A stretch of DNA of 64,000 bases from positions 22,731 to 86,730 of the forward strand of contig JBFMGD010000002.1 of NCBI GenBank assembly GCA_040751775.1, in the 5' to 3' direction. Positions 34,061-45,318 of the stretch are shown piece after piece. The position numbers were made by a program, and so were the translations under genes. Source of the DNA: Bacillota bacterium (GTDB lineage Bacteria; Bacillota; Dethiobacteria; DTU022). The notes beneath the pieces were generated by a model. It saw only the letters and a program-made list of their open reading frames with translations, did not search any database and was not told where the DNA came from. Position 1 is the first letter of the stretch. Every line of letters starts with the position of its first letter.

Positions 34061-34390
34061 ATGGCCTTAAAAAAAATGACAGTCCGCCGGGGGGATAAAG
34101 TGCTCGTCCTCGCGGGTAAGGATAAAGGGAAAAAGGGAAAGATCATCTCCGCCATGCCGGCTGAAGGCCGGGTCAAGGTGGAAGGGGTCAACATGATTAA
34201 AAAGCATGCCAAGCCGACGCCGAAGATCCCGCAAGGCGGTATTCGGGAGATGGAGGGGGCTTTGGCAGCGTCCAAGGTGATGGTAATCTGCCCGGCCTGC
34301 AGCAAACCCACCCGGGTGGCGAAAAAAGTCCTCGGAGACGGCAGGCGGGTCCGTTCGTGCAAAAAATGCGGGGAATCGTTGGATAAGTAA
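34061..34390 (+). CDS. rplX: 50S ribosomal protein L24 with a C-terminal 4-Cys (CxxC-x19-CxxC) zinc-ribbon-like tail
   Basis: KOW core [18 protein letters not shown]. The C-terminus [34 protein letters not shown] carries two CxxC pairs, which Bacillus L24 lacks. Confidence 0.9.
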   Translation: MALKKMTVRRGDKVLVLAGKDKGKKGKIISAMPAEGRVKVEGVNMIKKHAKPTPKIPQGGIREMEGALAASKVMVICPACSKPTRVAKKVLGDGRRVRSCKKCGESLDK

Positions 34391-34407
34391 GGAGGGTTGA
34401 GCAGCAG

Positions 34408-34950
34408 ATGTCACGTCTAAAACAAAAATATCTGGAAGAAATTAGGCCTGCCCTCGTGGAGCGCTTTAACTATAAGAATGTAAACCAGGCTCCCCGGATT
34501 GAAAAAATAGTGGTCAACATGGGTATAGGCGAAGGTAAGGACAACCCGAAAATACTGGATGCAGCCGTAAAGGATCTGACCCAGATTACAGGGCAGAGGC
34601 CGGTGATCACCAAGGCGCGCAAGTCCGTGGCTAGTTTCAAACTTCGGGAAGGGATGTCGATCGGTTGCAAGGTAACTTTGCGGGGTGTACGCATGTACGA
34701 TTTTATGGATCGGTTGTTTAACATCGCCTTGCCGCGAGTGAGGGACTTTCGAGGCATATCGCCGCGTTCCTTCGACGGGCGGGGGAATTTTACGGTAGGA
34801 ATCAAGGAACAGTTGATTTTTCCGGAAATCGACTACAGCAAGGTGGAAAAGATTTTGGGTATGGATATCATAATCGTGACCACTGCCAAAACCGATGAAG
34901 AAGCCAGGGAGCTGTTGACTCTGATGGGGATGCCTTTCCGGGCAGCGTAG
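34408..34950 (+). CDS. rplE: 50S ribosomal protein L5
   Basis: Canonical L5. Confidence 0.95.
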   Translation: MSRLKQKYLEEIRPALVERFNYKNVNQAPRIEKIVVNMGIGEGKDNPKILDAAVKDLTQITGQRPVITKARKSVASFKLREGMSIGCKVTLRGVRMYDFMDRLFNIALPRVRDFRGISPRSFDGRGNFTVGIKEQLIFPEIDYSKVEKILGMDIIIVTTAKTDEEARELLTLMGMPFRAA

Positions 34951-35033
34951 GGGCACCGCAAGGGTGCCTATTAGATCACGATCACAGCAGTTCCAACAGC
35001 AGTTCCAGTTGAAAGTATTAAAGGAGGAAAAGG

Positions 35034-35219
35034 ATGGCCAAGAAATCTTTAATCGCCAAGGCGAAACGTCAATCGAAGTTTCAAGTACGCCATTATAACC
35101 GGTGCCGGCTATGCGGTCGTCCCAGGGCGTTTCTGCGCCGGTTTGGCATGTGCCGCCTTTGCTTTCGCCAACTAGCCAACGAAGGTAAAATACCCGGCGT
35201 TAAAAAGGCCAGCTGGTAG
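35034..35219 (+). CDS. rpsN: 30S ribosomal protein S14 type Z (zinc-binding short form)
   Basis: 61 aa with [22 protein letters not shown] (CxxC...CxxC). Confidence 0.95.
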   Translation: MAKKSLIAKAKRQSKFQVRHYNRCRLCGRPRAFLRRFGMCRLCFRQLANEGKIPGVKKASW

Positions 35220-35251
35220 ATGGTGAAAGGAAGAAAGGAGGGGTTCCTAAG

Positions 35252-35647
35252 ATGATGACAGATCCGATTGCTGATATGCTTACCCGGATCCGGAATGCGA
35301 ACATGGTCCGTCACAGCACGGTTGAGATTCCTGCTTCCAACCTGAAACGCTCGATTGCCGAGATTATGAAGCAGGAGGGTTTTATCAAGGACTATGACTA
35401 TATCCAGGATCAAAAACAGGGTATTATCCGCATTCAGTTGAAGTACGGTAAAGATTCGCAGCGTATTATTAGCGGGTTGAAACGAATCAGCAAACCCGGT
35501 TTAAGGGTCTATGCGAATAAAGACGAACTGCCGAAAGTACTGGGCGGTTTGGGAATTGCCGTTATCTCCACCTCTCAAGGTGTGATGAGTGACCGGGAGG
35601 CCCGTAAAACAGGTTGCGGTGGAGAAGTTGTTTGCTATATCTGGTAG
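35252..35647 (+). CDS. rpsH: 30S ribosomal protein S8
   Basis: [19 protein letters not shown] canonical. Confidence 0.95.
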   Translation: MMTDPIADMLTRIRNANMVRHSTVEIPASNLKRSIAEIMKQEGFIKDYDYIQDQKQGIIRIQLKYGKDSQRIISGLKRISKPGLRVYANKDELPKVLGGLGIAVISTSQGVMSDREARKTGCGGEVVCYIW

Positions 35648-35669
35648 TGTTAGCTAAGGAGGTTCACTG

Positions 35670-36206
35670 ATGTCACGAACCGGTAGAAAGCCGATCCCTG
35701 TACCGCCGGGGGTCCGGGTACAGTTAGACGGCAACCAAATTACGGTAAATGGCCCCAAAGGGCAACTTTCGCGGGAACTGCCGCGGGACATGATCATCGA
35801 TCAGGAGGAAGGCTGGCTTTTTGTAAAGCGGCCGACCGACAGCCCGCAGCACCGGGCTTTACACGGTTTAACCCGCAGTCTGATCGACAATATGATTGTT
35901 GGTGTGACGGATGGTTTTTCCCGCACCCTGGAACTGGTCGGTGTTGGTTACCGGGCCAGTTTACAGGGCACCAGCCTGGTGTTGAGTATCGGATTTTCTC
36001 ACCCGGTGGTTTTTGAACCGGAAAACAATATGGAGATTGAAGTACCCAGCAATACCAAGGTGATTGTTAAAGGAATTGATAAACAGCAGGTTGGCAATTT
36101 CGCCGCCGGGATCAGGAAGGTCTATCCGCCGGAGCCCTATAAGGGTAAGGGGATCCGTTATGAGAACGAAAAAGTCCGTCGCAAGGTAGGCAAAGCGGGC
36201 AAGTAG
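35670..36206 (+). CDS. rplF: 50S ribosomal protein L6
   Basis: [17 protein letters not shown] canonical. Confidence 0.95.
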   Translation: MSRTGRKPIPVPPGVRVQLDGNQITVNGPKGQLSRELPRDMIIDQEEGWLFVKRPTDSPQHRALHGLTRSLIDNMIVGVTDGFSRTLELVGVGYRASLQGTSLVLSIGFSHPVVFEPENNMEIEVPSNTKVIVKGIDKQQVGNFAAGIRKVYPPEPYKGKGIRYENEKVRRKVGKAGK

Positions 36207-36226
36207 CGCTTCGGAGGTGTAAGGTA

Positions 36227-36595
36227 ATGACTAGAATTAAATCACGCAATGAGAACCGGGTACGGCGTCACCGGCGGGTGCGCAGCAAAATCAGCGGCAC
36301 CCCGGAGAGACCCCGTCTAAATGTTTTCCGGAGCAGCAAGCATATCTATGCCCAGGTGATCGACGATCAGGCCGGGCACACTTTGGCCGCCGCGTCCAGC
36401 CTGGATCCGCAACTGCGGTCTGATCTGCCCACGGGCGGTAATCTTGAAGCAGCCAAAAAGGTAGGCGAACTGCTGGCTCAGCGGGCTCTCGATCAGGGCA
36501 TTAAAGAAGTAGTTTTTGACCGGGGCGGTTACCTCTATCACGGCCGGATTAAAGCGCTGGCCGATGCCGCCCGGGATAAAGGATTAATCTTTTAG
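36227..36595 (+). CDS. rplR: 50S ribosomal protein L18
   Basis: Canonical L18. Confidence 0.95.
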   Translation: MTRIKSRNENRVRRHRRVRSKISGTPERPRLNVFRSSKHIYAQVIDDQAGHTLAAASSLDPQLRSDLPTGGNLEAAKKVGELLAQRALDQGIKEVVFDRGGYLYHGRIKALADAARDKGLIF

Positions 36596-36613
36596 AAAGG
36601 GGGGATGTAAAGG

Positions 36614-37111
36614 GTGTCGAAAATCGAACCATCCCAGGAACTTGTTGAAAAAGTAGTAAAAGTTAACCGGGTTGCCAAGGTCGTGAAGGGGGGGCGCCGG
36701 TTCAGCTTTAGCGCCCTGGTCGTAATCGGCGATCAAAATGGCGTTGTCGGAGCGGGTTTGGGTAAAGCGGGAGAGGTTCCGGAGGCGATCCGCAAAGGGA
36801 TCGAAGACGCCAAAAAGAATCTGATTAAGGTGCCGCTGGTAGGCACATCGATTCCTCATCCTATAATCGGCCGTTTCGGAGCGGGCAAGGTTTTGATGAA
36901 GCCGGCCTCCGAAGGAACCGGTGTGATCGCCGGCGGTCCGGTCCGTGCCGTGCTCGAGTTGGCCGGGATCAGGGATATTCTGACCAAGTCGCTCGGTTCT
37001 TCCAACGCGTTAAACATGATCAATGCGACGATGACAGGTCTAAAATCACTAAAAATGGCTGAAGAGGTAAGCGCCTTGCGGGGTGTGGATATTGATAAGT
37101 TGTTGGGGTAA
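36614..37111 (+). CDS. rpsE: 30S ribosomal protein S5
   Basis: [28 protein letters not shown] canonical. Confidence 0.95.
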   Translation: MSKIEPSQELVEKVVKVNRVAKVVKGGRRFSFSALVVIGDQNGVVGAGLGKAGEVPEAIRKGIEDAKKNLIKVPLVGTSIPHPIIGRFGAGKVLMKPASEGTGVIAGGPVRAVLELAGIRDILTKSLGSSNALNMINATMTGLKSLKMAEEVSALRGVDIDKLLG

Positions 37112-37123
37112 GGGGTGTAACAG

Positions 37124-37309
37124 ATGGCAACTAAACTGCAAATTACGTTGGTCCGCAGCCCGGTATCGTGCCGGCCGAAACAGCGCCAAACGCTGAAGGC
37201 GCTGGGTTTGCAAAAAATCGGCCAGCGGGTCGAGCATAGTGATGTGCCTGAGATCCGGGGTATGATCCGGGTGGTCGATTTCCTGGTCAACGTTGAAGAA
37301 AGCAAGTAA
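37124..37309 (+). CDS. rpmD: 50S ribosomal protein L30
   Basis: MATKLQITLVRSPVS canonical. Confidence 0.93.
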   Translation: MATKLQITLVRSPVSCRPKQRQTLKALGLQKIGQRVEHSDVPEIRGMIRVVDFLVNVEESK

Positions 37310-37337
37310 TACTTGATCTTACAAGGAGGTACGGCTG

Positions 37338-37778
37338 GTGCGCCTGCATGAAATAAGTCCTCCAGAGGGGGCAAGGCAAGCTGCCAAACGCAAAGGAAGA
37401 GGTATAGCCTCGGGGTTGGGTAAGACATCCGGCAGAGGACAAAAAGGTCAAAAATCCCGTTCCGGTGCAAAGACCCGCCGCGGGTTTGAAGGCGGCCAGA
37501 TGCCGCTTTTCCGGAGCTTGCCGAAACGCGGCTTTACGAATATACACAAGAAAAAGTGGGCCGTGATCAATATGGAAGTTTTGAACCGGTTTGCTGATGA
37601 TACGGCGGTGACACCGGAACTGCTCAAAGAAGAAGGCGTAATCAGATCACTGAAAGATCCTTTGAAAGTGCTGGGCGATGGTGAGCTCCAGCGCCGGCTG
37701 GTGATCCAGGCGCATGGTTTCAGCAGGCAGGCCCGGGAAAAAATTGAAGCCGCCGGTGGCAAAGCTGAGGTGATTTAA
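37338..37778 (+). CDS. rplO: 50S ribosomal protein L15
   Basis: [43 protein letters not shown] canonical. Confidence 0.95.
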   Translation: MRLHEISPPEGARQAAKRKGRGIASGLGKTSGRGQKGQKSRSGAKTRRGFEGGQMPLFRSLPKRGFTNIHKKKWAVINMEVLNRFADDTAVTPELLKEEGVIRSLKDPLKVLGDGELQRRLVIQAHGFSRQAREKIEAAGGKAEVI

Positions 37779-39035
37779 TTGCTGGAGACAATACGGACAG
37801 CATGGCGGATCAAGGAGCTCAGGCAGAGGATCCTGTTCACCTTGGCTATGTTTGTTGTTTTTCGAGCCGGCTCCGCTATTCCCGTGCCGGGTGTTGATCC
37901 GTCGCAGTTAGCCAAGTTTTTTGAGGGCGATACGATTTTTGGGTTTTTCAATATGCTCGGCGGCGATGCCTTGAGCAACTTTACTATATTTGCTTTGGGG
38001 ATAATGCCGTATATCAACGCTTCCATTATCATGAATCTATTGACAATTGTCATCCCGAAGTTTAAGGAATGGAGCCAGGAGGGACCTGAAGGTCGGAAAA
38101 AACTGTCCCAGCTAACCCGCTACGGGACCATTGTCATCGCTTTAATCCAGGGCCTGGCGCTTTCGTTCTTTATCGCGGATCGGGCCATCTTGAATAAAAC
38201 ACCTCTTTCCTATGTGATTATTGTGATCTCGCTTACCGCGGGGACCGCCTTCCTGATGTGGGTCGGAGAGCTGATTACGGAAAAAGGAATCGGCAACGGG
38301 ATATCGCTGCTCATCTTTGCCGGTATTGTGGCCGGTTTCCCGGTTGGAGTCGCCCAGATAGCGGAGCAGGTGCGCCACGGGCAGGTCAACTCTTATTTTG
38401 TGATCGTGGTGATCTTGCTGTTGATCGGCCTGATTGTCGGCATTATCGGTTTAGACCAGGGGCAGCGCCGTGTTAACGTGCAGTACAGCAAGCGGATCAT
38501 AGGCCGGAAGATGTACGGGGGCCAGGCGACTCATATACCGATGAAGGTAAACCAGGCCGGTGTAATCCCGGTCATCTTTGCCTCGGTAATCCTGACTTTT
38601 CCGCAGACCATGGTCGGTTTTATCAACCATCCGATCGCCGAGCGCATCGCCAACAGCCTGAAATGGGGATCGCCTTTAAATACCGTGATCTACGTGATGT
38701 TAATCATCATGTTTGCCTACTTCTATACGGCTGTGCAGTTCGATCCGTTTCAGGTTGCCGGCAATATTAAAAAATATGGCGGCTTCATACCCGGATTGCG
38801 TCCCGGAAAACCGACCGCAGAATACCTGGGTAAAGTGACTGCGCGGCTGACTACCGTGGGCGCTTTTTCCCTGGCATTCATCGCCGTCTTTCCCACCATA
38901 TTGCAAGGGGCGACCGGCATACAGGTCATCTTCAGCGGCACAGGCTTAATTATCGTCGTCGGCGTCGTTTTGGAAACGGTAAAGCAGATTGAAAGCCATA
39001 TGTTGATGCGCAGCTATAAAGGGTTTATGAAGTAA
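37779..39035 (+). CDS. secY: Preprotein translocase subunit SecY
   Basis: 10-TM SecY with conserved N-terminus (LRQRILFTLAMFVVFRAGSAIPVPGVD), 418 aa. Confidence 0.95.
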   Translation: MLETIRTAWRIKELRQRILFTLAMFVVFRAGSAIPVPGVDPSQLAKFFEGDTIFGFFNMLGGDALSNFTIFALGIMPYINASIIMNLLTIVIPKFKEWSQEGPEGRKKLSQLTRYGTIVIALIQGLALSFFIADRAILNKTPLSYVIIVISLTAGTAFLMWVGELITEKGIGNGISLLIFAGIVAGFPVGVAQIAEQVRHGQVNSYFVIVVILLLIGLIVGIIGLDQGQRRVNVQYSKRIIGRKMYGGQATHIPMKVNQAGVIPVIFASVILTFPQTMVGFINHPIAERIANSLKWGSPLNTVIYVMLIIMFAYFYTAVQFDPFQVAGNIKKYGGFIPGLRPGKPTAEYLGKVTARLTTVGAFSLAFIAVFPTILQGATGIQVIFSGTGLIIVVGVVLETVKQIESHMLMRSYKGFMK

Positions 39036-39038
39036 GCC

Positions 39039-39791
39039 ATGATCAATTTAAAATCGTCCTTTGAAATCAAGAATATGCGCCGGGCCGGCCGAATCGTGGC
39101 CGAGGTTTTGCAGGAAATGGAGCGGGTTGTGGCGGCGGGTGTAACCACCGCTGCGTTGGATAAACTGGCTGAGAAGCTGATTCGCCGCGCCGGCGCCGAA
39201 CCTGCTTTCCTCGGTTACCACGGTTTTCCGGCTTCAATTTGCACCTCGATTAACGAAGAGGTTGTACACGGTATCCCGGGGTTGCGCAAGCTCCAAGAGG
39301 GCGATATAATCAGCATTGATGTGGGTGTGCGCCTGGATGGTTATTACGGCGATGCCGCCGCCACCTATGCGGTTGGGGAGATTAGCCCCCTGGCGAAGCG
39401 ATTAATTGATGTGACCAGGCAATCCTTGGAAGAAGCGATCAAAGCGATGCGCGTTGGGGGTCATCTTTCAGATCTTTCCCACGCGGTACAGTTTTACGCG
39501 GAGATCAACCGGTTTTCTGTTGTGCGTAGTTACTGCGGCCACGGTATCGGCACCGAAATGCATGAAGAACCCCAGGTGCCCAATTTTGGGAAACCGGGAC
39601 GCGGGCCTACCCTGCAACCCGGCCTGGTGCTGGCAGTAGAGCCGATGGTGAATGCCGGCGGATGGGAAGTGGCGGTCCTACCCGATCAGTGGACTGTGGT
39701 GACCAAAGACCGGAATCTATCCGCTCATTTTGAACACACCATCGCCCTAGGGGAGCACGGCCCCGAAATACTCACTGTCCTCCGGGATTGA
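39039..39791 (+). CDS. map: Type I methionine aminopeptidase
   Basis: MetAP metal-binding residues (D...D, H, E, E in GHGIGTEMHEEP) and conserved position after secY. The adk gene found here in Bacillus is absent. Confidence 0.9.
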   Translation: MINLKSSFEIKNMRRAGRIVAEVLQEMERVVAAGVTTAALDKLAEKLIRRAGAEPAFLGYHGFPASICTSINEEVVHGIPGLRKLQEGDIISIDVGVRLDGYYGDAAATYAVGEISPLAKRLIDVTRQSLEEAIKAMRVGGHLSDLSHAVQFYAEINRFSVVRSYCGHGIGTEMHEEPQVPNFGKPGRGPTLQPGLVLAVEPMVNAGGWEVAVLPDQWTVVTKDRNLSAHFEHTIALGEHGPEILTVLRD

Positions 39792-39805
39792 CCAAAGGGG
39801 GCGTT

Positions 39806-40084
39806 ATGATGGATCAGTTGAAACCCGGGCAATTGGTTCGTTCGCTGGCCGGCAGGGATAAAGGAGAGCATTATCTGGTCATTGCAGTGGCGGATCCCGG
39901 CCGGGTACTGGTTGTCGATGGACGCAGGCGGACGATGGCCCGTCCAAAAAAGAAAAACACCGCTCATCTGCAGCGTTATGAACGACGGGTAGAGATCGAA
40001 GAGTTGATTCATGCGCGAAAGCTCACCGACAGCCAGGTGATCAGGTATATTAAAGAGCTGGCGCCGCAGGAAGACGTTTTTTGA
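39806..40084 (+). CDS. KOW-domain RNA-binding protein (YbzG-like)
   Basis: Small conserved protein between map and infA ([21 protein letters not shown]). RBS AAAGGGGG precedes ATG 39806. Confidence 0.7.
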   Translation: MMDQLKPGQLVRSLAGRDKGEHYLVIAVADPGRVLVVDGRRRTMARPKKKNTAHLQRYERRVEIEELIHARKLTDSQVIRYIKELAPQEDVF

Positions 40085-40100
40085 CAGGAGGCAGAAACCG

Positions 40101-40322
40101 ATGAGTAAGAAAAAGGATGTCGTGGAGGTGGAAGGAACAGTTGTTGAACCCCTTCCCAACGCCATGTTCCGGGTTGAGTTAAAAAACGGCCTTAAGGTGC
40201 TGGCACATGTGTCAGGGAAAATTCGCATGAATTTCATTCGTATTCTCCCCGGAGACCGGGTTTTGGTCGAGCTTTCGCCGTATGATCTCACCCGGGGCAG
40301 GATTACGTATCGCTATAAGTAA
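40101..40322 (+). CDS. infA: Translation initiation factor IF-1
   Basis: [30 protein letters not shown] canonical. Confidence 0.95.
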   Translation: MSKKKDVVEVEGTVVEPLPNAMFRVELKNGLKVLAHVSGKIRMNFIRILPGDRVLVELSPYDLTRGRITYRYK

Positions 40323-40336
40323 GGAGGCGGGTGGAG

Positions 40337-40450
40337 ATGAAAGTACGGCCGTCGGTAAAACCGATGTGTGAGAAATGTAAGATTATCCGGCGAAAGGGTA
40401 AGGTAGTGATTATCTGCCAAAATCTCAAGCATAAACAGAGGCAAGGTTAA
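40337..40450 (+). CDS. rpmJ: 50S ribosomal protein L36 (zinc C+ form)
   Basis: 37-aa [40 protein letters not shown], below the track cutoff. RBS AAGGAGG upstream. Confidence 0.9.
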   Translation: MKVRPSVKPMCEKCKIIRRKGKVVIICQNLKHKQRQG

Positions 40451-40593
40451 AGAATAGCTTTTCGGACCATAGGGAATTATAGCTTTGTTTAACTATTTTT
40501 GCCTGCCAGTTGATAAAGGTAGGAAGAAGCGTCATCTGGCGAGATGAAGGTTTTGAACAGTATCAATAGCAGATTTAAGGAGGTGTGTCTAGT

Positions 40594-40965
40594 TTGGCGA
40601 GGATAGCAGGAGTAGACCTGCCGCGGGAAAAACGAGTGGAGATAGCACTGAGCTATATTTATGGGGTTGGCCGTAGCCGAGCCGCGGCGGTATTGACTCA
40701 TACCGGGGTCAACCCCAATACCAGGGTGCGCGATCTGACTGAAGATGAATTAAGCCGTCTGCGGGAATTTATCGATAAGAATTATAAGGTCGAGGGTGAT
40801 CTCAGGCGTGAGGTAGCCATGAACATCAAGCGCCTGGTGGAGATCGGATGCTACCGGGGTATCCGGCACCGGCGCGGTTTACCCGTTCGCGGACAGGGAA
40901 CCAAGAATAATGCCCGGACCCGCAAGGGACCGCGGAAAACCGTCGGCGTGCGCCGTAAGAAATAG
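40594..40965 (+). CDS. rpsM: 30S ribosomal protein S13
   Basis: TTG start giving (M)[37 protein letters not shown]. Confidence 0.93.
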   Translation: MARIAGVDLPREKRVEIALSYIYGVGRSRAAAVLTHTGVNPNTRVRDLTEDELSRLREFIDKNYKVEGDLRREVAMNIKRLVEIGCYRGIRHRRGLPVRGQGTKNNARTRKGPRKTVGVRRKK

Positions 40966-40995
40966 CAGCCTGATTGAAGGGAGGAGGAAACTGAC

Positions 40996-41388
40996 TTGGT
41001 TAAGAAAAAAGGGACGCGTCCAAAGCGCCGCGAACGGAAAAATATCGAGCGTGGGGTCGCCCATATCCGATCGACCTTTAACAATACCATTATTAGTATT
41101 ACCGATGCTAATGGAAATAATATCTCCTGGTCCAGCGCCGGAAACGTTGGCTTTAAAGGTTCTCGTAAGTCGACGCCTTTTGCCGCGCAGCTGGCCGCTG
41201 AATCCGCGGCCCGGACTGCCATGGAACATGGGATGCGTCAGGTAGAAGTATTTGTGAAAGGTCCCGGCGCCGGAAGGGAAGCGGCCATTCGCTCTTTGCA
41301 GGCGGCCGGTTTGGAGGTAAATATGATTAAAGATGTAACCCCCATTCCTCACAACGGTTGCCGTCCGCCCAAACGGCGGCGAGTCTAG
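40996..41388 (+). CDS. rpsK: 30S ribosomal protein S11
   Basis: TTG start; [25 protein letters not shown] canonical. Confidence 0.93.
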   Translation: MVKKKGTRPKRRERKNIERGVAHIRSTFNNTIISITDANGNNISWSSAGNVGFKGSRKSTPFAAQLAAESAARTAMEHGMRQVEVFVKGPGAGREAAIRSLQAAGLEVNMIKDVTPIPHNGCRPPKRRRV

Positions 41389-41420
41389 TGGAGGATAATA
41401 TCACTATAGCGGGAGGTGTA

Positions 41421-42059
41421 ATGTCAGTAATTATGGGACGCCATACAGAAGCAGTCTGTCGTTTATGCCGTAGAGAAAAAGTGAAGCTTTATTTAAAAGG
41501 CGATCGCTGTTATTCAGATAAATGCAGTGTCTCACGCCACACCTATCCACCGGGTGAGCACGGCCAGGGACGCCAGAAATTTTCCGAATACGGGCAACAG
41601 CTGCGGGAAAAGCAGAAAGCACGCCGTATTTACGGTGTGATGGAGCGGCAATTCCGTCGTTATTTTAAAGAGGCTGATCGCCGTAAGGGTGTTACCGGTG
41701 AAATCCTGTTGCAACTGTTGGAAAGCCGTCTGGACAACGTTGTTTACCGCCTCGGTCTCGGGCGTTCACGGCCGGAAGCGCGGCAGCTGGTCAATCACGG
41801 TCATTTTGCGGTAAACGGACGTAAGGTAGATATCCCTTCCTACCTGACTCGCACCGGCGATGTGATCACCGTGCGCGAGAAAAGCAGAAAACTGCCTGTG
41901 TTTAAGCAAATTGCCGAGGCCAGGGACCAGCAGGGGACTGTTGACTGGCTGCAGGTTGATTTTGAAAAGCTGGAGGGCCGGGTTATCCGGGTTCCCCGGC
42001 GGGATGAAATTGAGGTTCCCCTTTCCGAGCATCTCATCGTCGAACTATATTCCCGGTAA
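41421..42059 (+). CDS. rpsD: 30S ribosomal protein S4 (N-terminal zinc-ribbon form)
   Basis: [31 protein letters not shown] resembles the Thermus-type Zn-binding S4 N-terminus. Start is ATG 41421 or 41433; the track's longer N-terminus is rejected. Confidence 0.9.
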   Translation: MSVIMGRHTEAVCRLCRREKVKLYLKGDRCYSDKCSVSRHTYPPGEHGQGRQKFSEYGQQLREKQKARRIYGVMERQFRRYFKEADRRKGVTGEILLQLLESRLDNVVYRLGLGRSRPEARQLVNHGHFAVNGRKVDIPSYLTRTGDVITVREKSRKLPVFKQIAEARDQQGTVDWLQVDFEKLEGRVIRVPRRDEIEVPLSEHLIVELYSR

Positions 42060-42110
42060 GGGAACACCATACCCTCAATACCCATACCGAGGAGGGTTAA
42101 TCGTATCGTT

Positions 42111-43058
42111 ATGATCGAGATTGAAAAGCCGAAAATTGAATGCGTGGAGAAAGACGAACAACACGGTTATGGAAAGTTTGTCGTAGAGCCCCTGGAAAGG
42201 GGTTACGGGATCACGCTGGGCAATGCCTTACGCCGGATCCTGCTCTCATCACTGCCCGGTGCCGCGGTAACCAATGTTAAATTTGACGGGGCCTTGCACG
42301 AGTTTTCCACTTTACCCGGCGTTCTGGAGGATACCATTGAAATAATCCTCAACTTGAAGTCTCTTTCCATGAAAATTTACAGCGACGAGGCCCAGACTCT
42401 GATCATAGAAACCGATCAGCCGGGGGTGGTCAGGGCCAAGGATATCAAGGCGCCCGCGGATGTGGAGATCTTAAATCCGCAGCTGCTGATCTGTACCCTG
42501 GAAGAAAACGCCCGCTTGTATATGGAGATGACGGCTTCAAACGGCAGGGGTTATGTGCCGGCGGACCGCAATAAGCTGCCTCACCAACCGATCGGGGTAA
42601 TCCCGATTGACTCTATTTTTTCACCGATCAGAAAAGTAAACTACCAGGTGGAGAATACCCGGGTAGGTCAAGTTACCGACTACGATAAGTTGACTCTGGA
42701 GGTTTGGACGGATGGCAGTTCCAGACCCGATGAGGCGGTAACGCTGGCGGCCAAAATATTGAGCAAGCATATAGCCTTGTTTGTCAACCTCACCGAACAG
42801 GTGGACGACGTCGAGATTACCTCAGACAGGCAGGAAGACGACCGGGAACGGGTGCTGGACATGACGATTGAAGAGTTGGATCTGTCCGTGCGTTCCTATA
42901 ACTGTTTGAAGAGGGCCGGCATTAACAGTGTCGGTGAACTAGTGCGCAAAACAGAAGAAGAGATGATGAAAGTACGCAATTTGGGCAAGAAGTCGCTGGA
43001 AGAAGTAGATCAAAAGTTAAATGAGCTTGGTTTCAGCTTGAATAAAAGCGGGGAGTAA
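42111..43058 (+). CDS. rpoA: DNA-directed RNA polymerase subunit alpha
   Basis: [53 protein letters not shown] canonical; C-terminal alpha-CTD ([17 protein letters not shown]). Confidence 0.95.
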   Translation: MIEIEKPKIECVEKDEQHGYGKFVVEPLERGYGITLGNALRRILLSSLPGAAVTNVKFDGALHEFSTLPGVLEDTIEIILNLKSLSMKIYSDEAQTLIIETDQPGVVRAKDIKAPADVEILNPQLLICTLEENARLYMEMTASNGRGYVPADRNKLPHQPIGVIPIDSIFSPIRKVNYQVENTRVGQVTDYDKLTLEVWTDGSSRPDEAVTLAAKILSKHIALFVNLTEQVDDVEITSDRQEDDRERVLDMTIEELDLSVRSYNCLKRAGINSVGELVRKTEEEMMKVRNLGKKSLEEVDQKLNELGFSLNKSGE

Positions 43059-43082
43059 GCGGTTTTAAGGAGGAACTTTTTA

Positions 43083-43424
43083 ATGGCATACCAGAAGCTG
43101 GGTCGAAAAAGCGGTCCGCGGCGGGCCTTGTTACGTAACCTGGTCACCTCATTTTTACAGGCCGGTCGCATCGAAACTACCAGCACGAAAGCAAAAACGA
43201 TACGCCCTCTGGCCGAGCAGATGATTACCCTGGGTAAGCGGGGCGATTTGCACGCCCGCCGGCAGGCCCTGGCTTTTATCATGGATGAGGATGTTGTCAC
43301 GAAACTGTTTGAGGTAATCGGTCCGAAAATGGAAGGCCGGGACGGCGGCTACACCCGCATTATCCCAAAGGGGCTGCGCCGGGGAGACAGCGCTCCCATG
43401 GTTATTCTCGAACTGGTGGAATAA
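43083..43424 (+). CDS. rplQ: 50S ribosomal protein L17
   Basis: [24 protein letters not shown] canonical. Confidence 0.95.
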   Translation: MAYQKLGRKSGPRRALLRNLVTSFLQAGRIETTSTKAKTIRPLAEQMITLGKRGDLHARRQALAFIMDEDVVTKLFEVIGPKMEGRDGGYTRIIPKGLRRGDSAPMVILELVE

Positions 43425-43506
43425 GCGCCGTCTCTGCTGGGCAGGGCACAGCATGCCGTGCCTCTTGCATCGCCTGCAAGGTTTAGAAGTGAAGAGAATC
43501 CTGCTT

Positions 43507-43545
43507 CTCCCCCCTGGCAAATGAACGTGCAGGGGGGATTTTGTA
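43507..43545 (+). terminator. Intrinsic terminator after the alpha operon
   Basis: CCCCCCTG-gcaaatgaacgtg-CAGGGGGG hairpin followed by ATTTTGT. Confidence 0.65.
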
Positions 43546-43597
43546 CTACACTTAGAGCACTAGACAACATCCTGTTTAGTAAACTCTAACTTCCAAT

Positions 43598-44479
43598 ATG
43601 GAAGTAGAGCAGGGTGAGGGGGGAACCGTTATAACCCAACCGATCATTAAAACGGAAGGGATCAAGTATGTCTACCCGGGTGAAGCAGGGGAGGCCCTCG
43701 CCCTGGCGGGGGTAGACCTTACTGTCGATCAGGGGGAATACCTGGCGGTGATCGGGCCCAATGGCTCGGGCAAGACGACGTTGCTGAAACACCTCAATGC
43801 TTTACTGATCCCGGCAGCCGGACGGGTTCTGGTAAACGGCCTGGATACAGCTATTGAAGACAACCTTCCTGTAATCCGCGCCCAGTGCGGCATGATCTTT
43901 CAAAATCCGGACAATCAGCTGGTCGCGACAACGGTGGAAGAAGACGTTGCTTTTGGTTTGGAAAATATGGCCGAGTCGCCGGTGCAAATCAGAGCGCGCG
44001 TCGCCGAGGCGCTGAAAACAGTGGGCCTGGAGAAACTGGCCCAGCATCCGCCTCACCTGCTTTCCGGGGGAGAAAAACAAAGAGTGGCTGTGGCCGGCAT
44101 TCTGGCAATGCGTCCGCGCTGCTTGCTCATGGACGAGCCGACGGCCATGCTGGATCCGGAGTCGCGTGCGGGTGTTTTGGATACCGTCCGGTCCTTGAAC
44201 CGTTCACAGGGCATTACGGTGATCCATGTGACCCATTTCCCTGAAGAAGCGGCGCTGGCTGACCGGGTGTTGGTTTTAGACCGCGGAAAAATGATCAAAG
44301 ACGGCTCGTCCCGGGAAATACTGACTGACCTCTCTTTGCTGCACTCACTCGGATTACAGGGCACGGTCGCTGCGGAGTTGGCTGCCGGCCTGGCGAAGGA
44401 TGGCTTTACCCCGCCCCCTGGTTTACTACACGGCCGGGAGTTGGTTGAGTATCTATGTTCATCCGCACTGAAGAGTTAA
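43598..44479 (+). CDS. ecfA1: Energy-coupling factor transporter ATPase EcfA1
   Basis: ABC ATPase motifs: Walker A GPNGSGKTT, signature LSGGEKQRVAVAG, Walker B LLMDEPTAMLD. Conserved position after rplQ. Confidence 0.9.
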   Translation: MEVEQGEGGTVITQPIIKTEGIKYVYPGEAGEALALAGVDLTVDQGEYLAVIGPNGSGKTTLLKHLNALLIPAAGRVLVNGLDTAIEDNLPVIRAQCGMIFQNPDNQLVATTVEEDVAFGLENMAESPVQIRARVAEALKTVGLEKLAQHPPHLLSGGEKQRVAVAGILAMRPRCLLMDEPTAMLDPESRAGVLDTVRSLNRSQGITVIHVTHFPEEAALADRVLVLDRGKMIKDGSSREILTDLSLLHSLGLQGTVAAELAAGLAKDGFTPPPGLLHGRELVEYLCSSALKS

Positions 44480-45318
44480 CGCATGTCTATATGCCGGGCA
44501 CTCCTTTTGCCGCGACTGCGCTGCGCGGGGTAACCCTCGCTATCGAGCGCGGTTCTTGCAGCGCGCTGATCGGTCCCTCCGGTTCCGGCAAATCTACCCT
44601 GATCCAGCATCTGAACGGCTTGCTCAAGGCTACCGCCGGCCGGGTTGTTGTCGATGGACGGGCAGTCGGCGAAGATCGCCAGGAAATGCTTAAGCTGCGC
44701 CGCCGTGTCGGATTGGTTTTTCAGATGCCGGAACAGCAGTTTTTTGCGGAAACCGTCTATGATGAAATCGCGTTTGCGCCGCGCAACATGGGCTGTAATC
44801 CCGGGGCGGTGGAAGCACGGGTGAAGCAGGCGTTGAACCAGGTCGGGCTTGATTACGGCAAACTCAAAGACCGCTCGCCTTTTCATCTCAGCGCCGGGCA
44901 GAAACGACTGACAGCGGTGGCGGCGATCCTGGCGCTCAGGCCGGAGGTGCTGATCATGGATGAGCCCACAGCCGGGTTGGATCCGGCCAACCGGCAAAGA
45001 TTGCACGATTTGTTAAAAACATTAAACCGGGAAGCCGGATTAACCATTCTAATTGTCACGCATGATCTTGACCAGGCCGCCGCCCTGGCGGACCGGATCC
45101 TGGTTTTGAACGACGGCCGCCTGGTGATGTCCGGTCCGCCCGCGGAAATACTTACCCGGGGGGCCGAGCTGCGGCGCCTGGGTCTGGCGCTGCCCCTGCT
45201 CAGTGAAATCATGCATGGGCTGAGCGAACGGGGGCTGCCCGTAAACACAGCCGTTTTTTCACTGGATCAGGCACGCCGGGAAATCAACCGGGTGCGAAAG
45301 CAGGGTGCAACTTTATGA
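44455..45318 (+). CDS. ecfA2: Energy-coupling factor transporter ATPase EcfA2
   Basis: Second ABC ATPase (GPSGSGKST, LSAGQKRLTAVAA, LIMDEPTAGLD); overlaps the ecfA1 3' end. Confidence 0.9.
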   Translation: MFIRTEELTHVYMPGTPFAATALRGVTLAIERGSCSALIGPSGSGKSTLIQHLNGLLKATAGRVVVDGRAVGEDRQEMLKLRRRVGLVFQMPEQQFFAETVYDEIAFAPRNMGCNPGAVEARVKQALNQVGLDYGKLKDRSPFHLSAGQKRLTAVAAILALRPEVLIMDEPTAGLDPANRQRLHDLLKTLNREAGLTILIVTHDLDQAAALADRILVLNDGRLVMSGPPAEILTRGAELRRLGLALPLLSEIMHGLSERGLPVNTAVFSLDQARREINRVRKQGATL

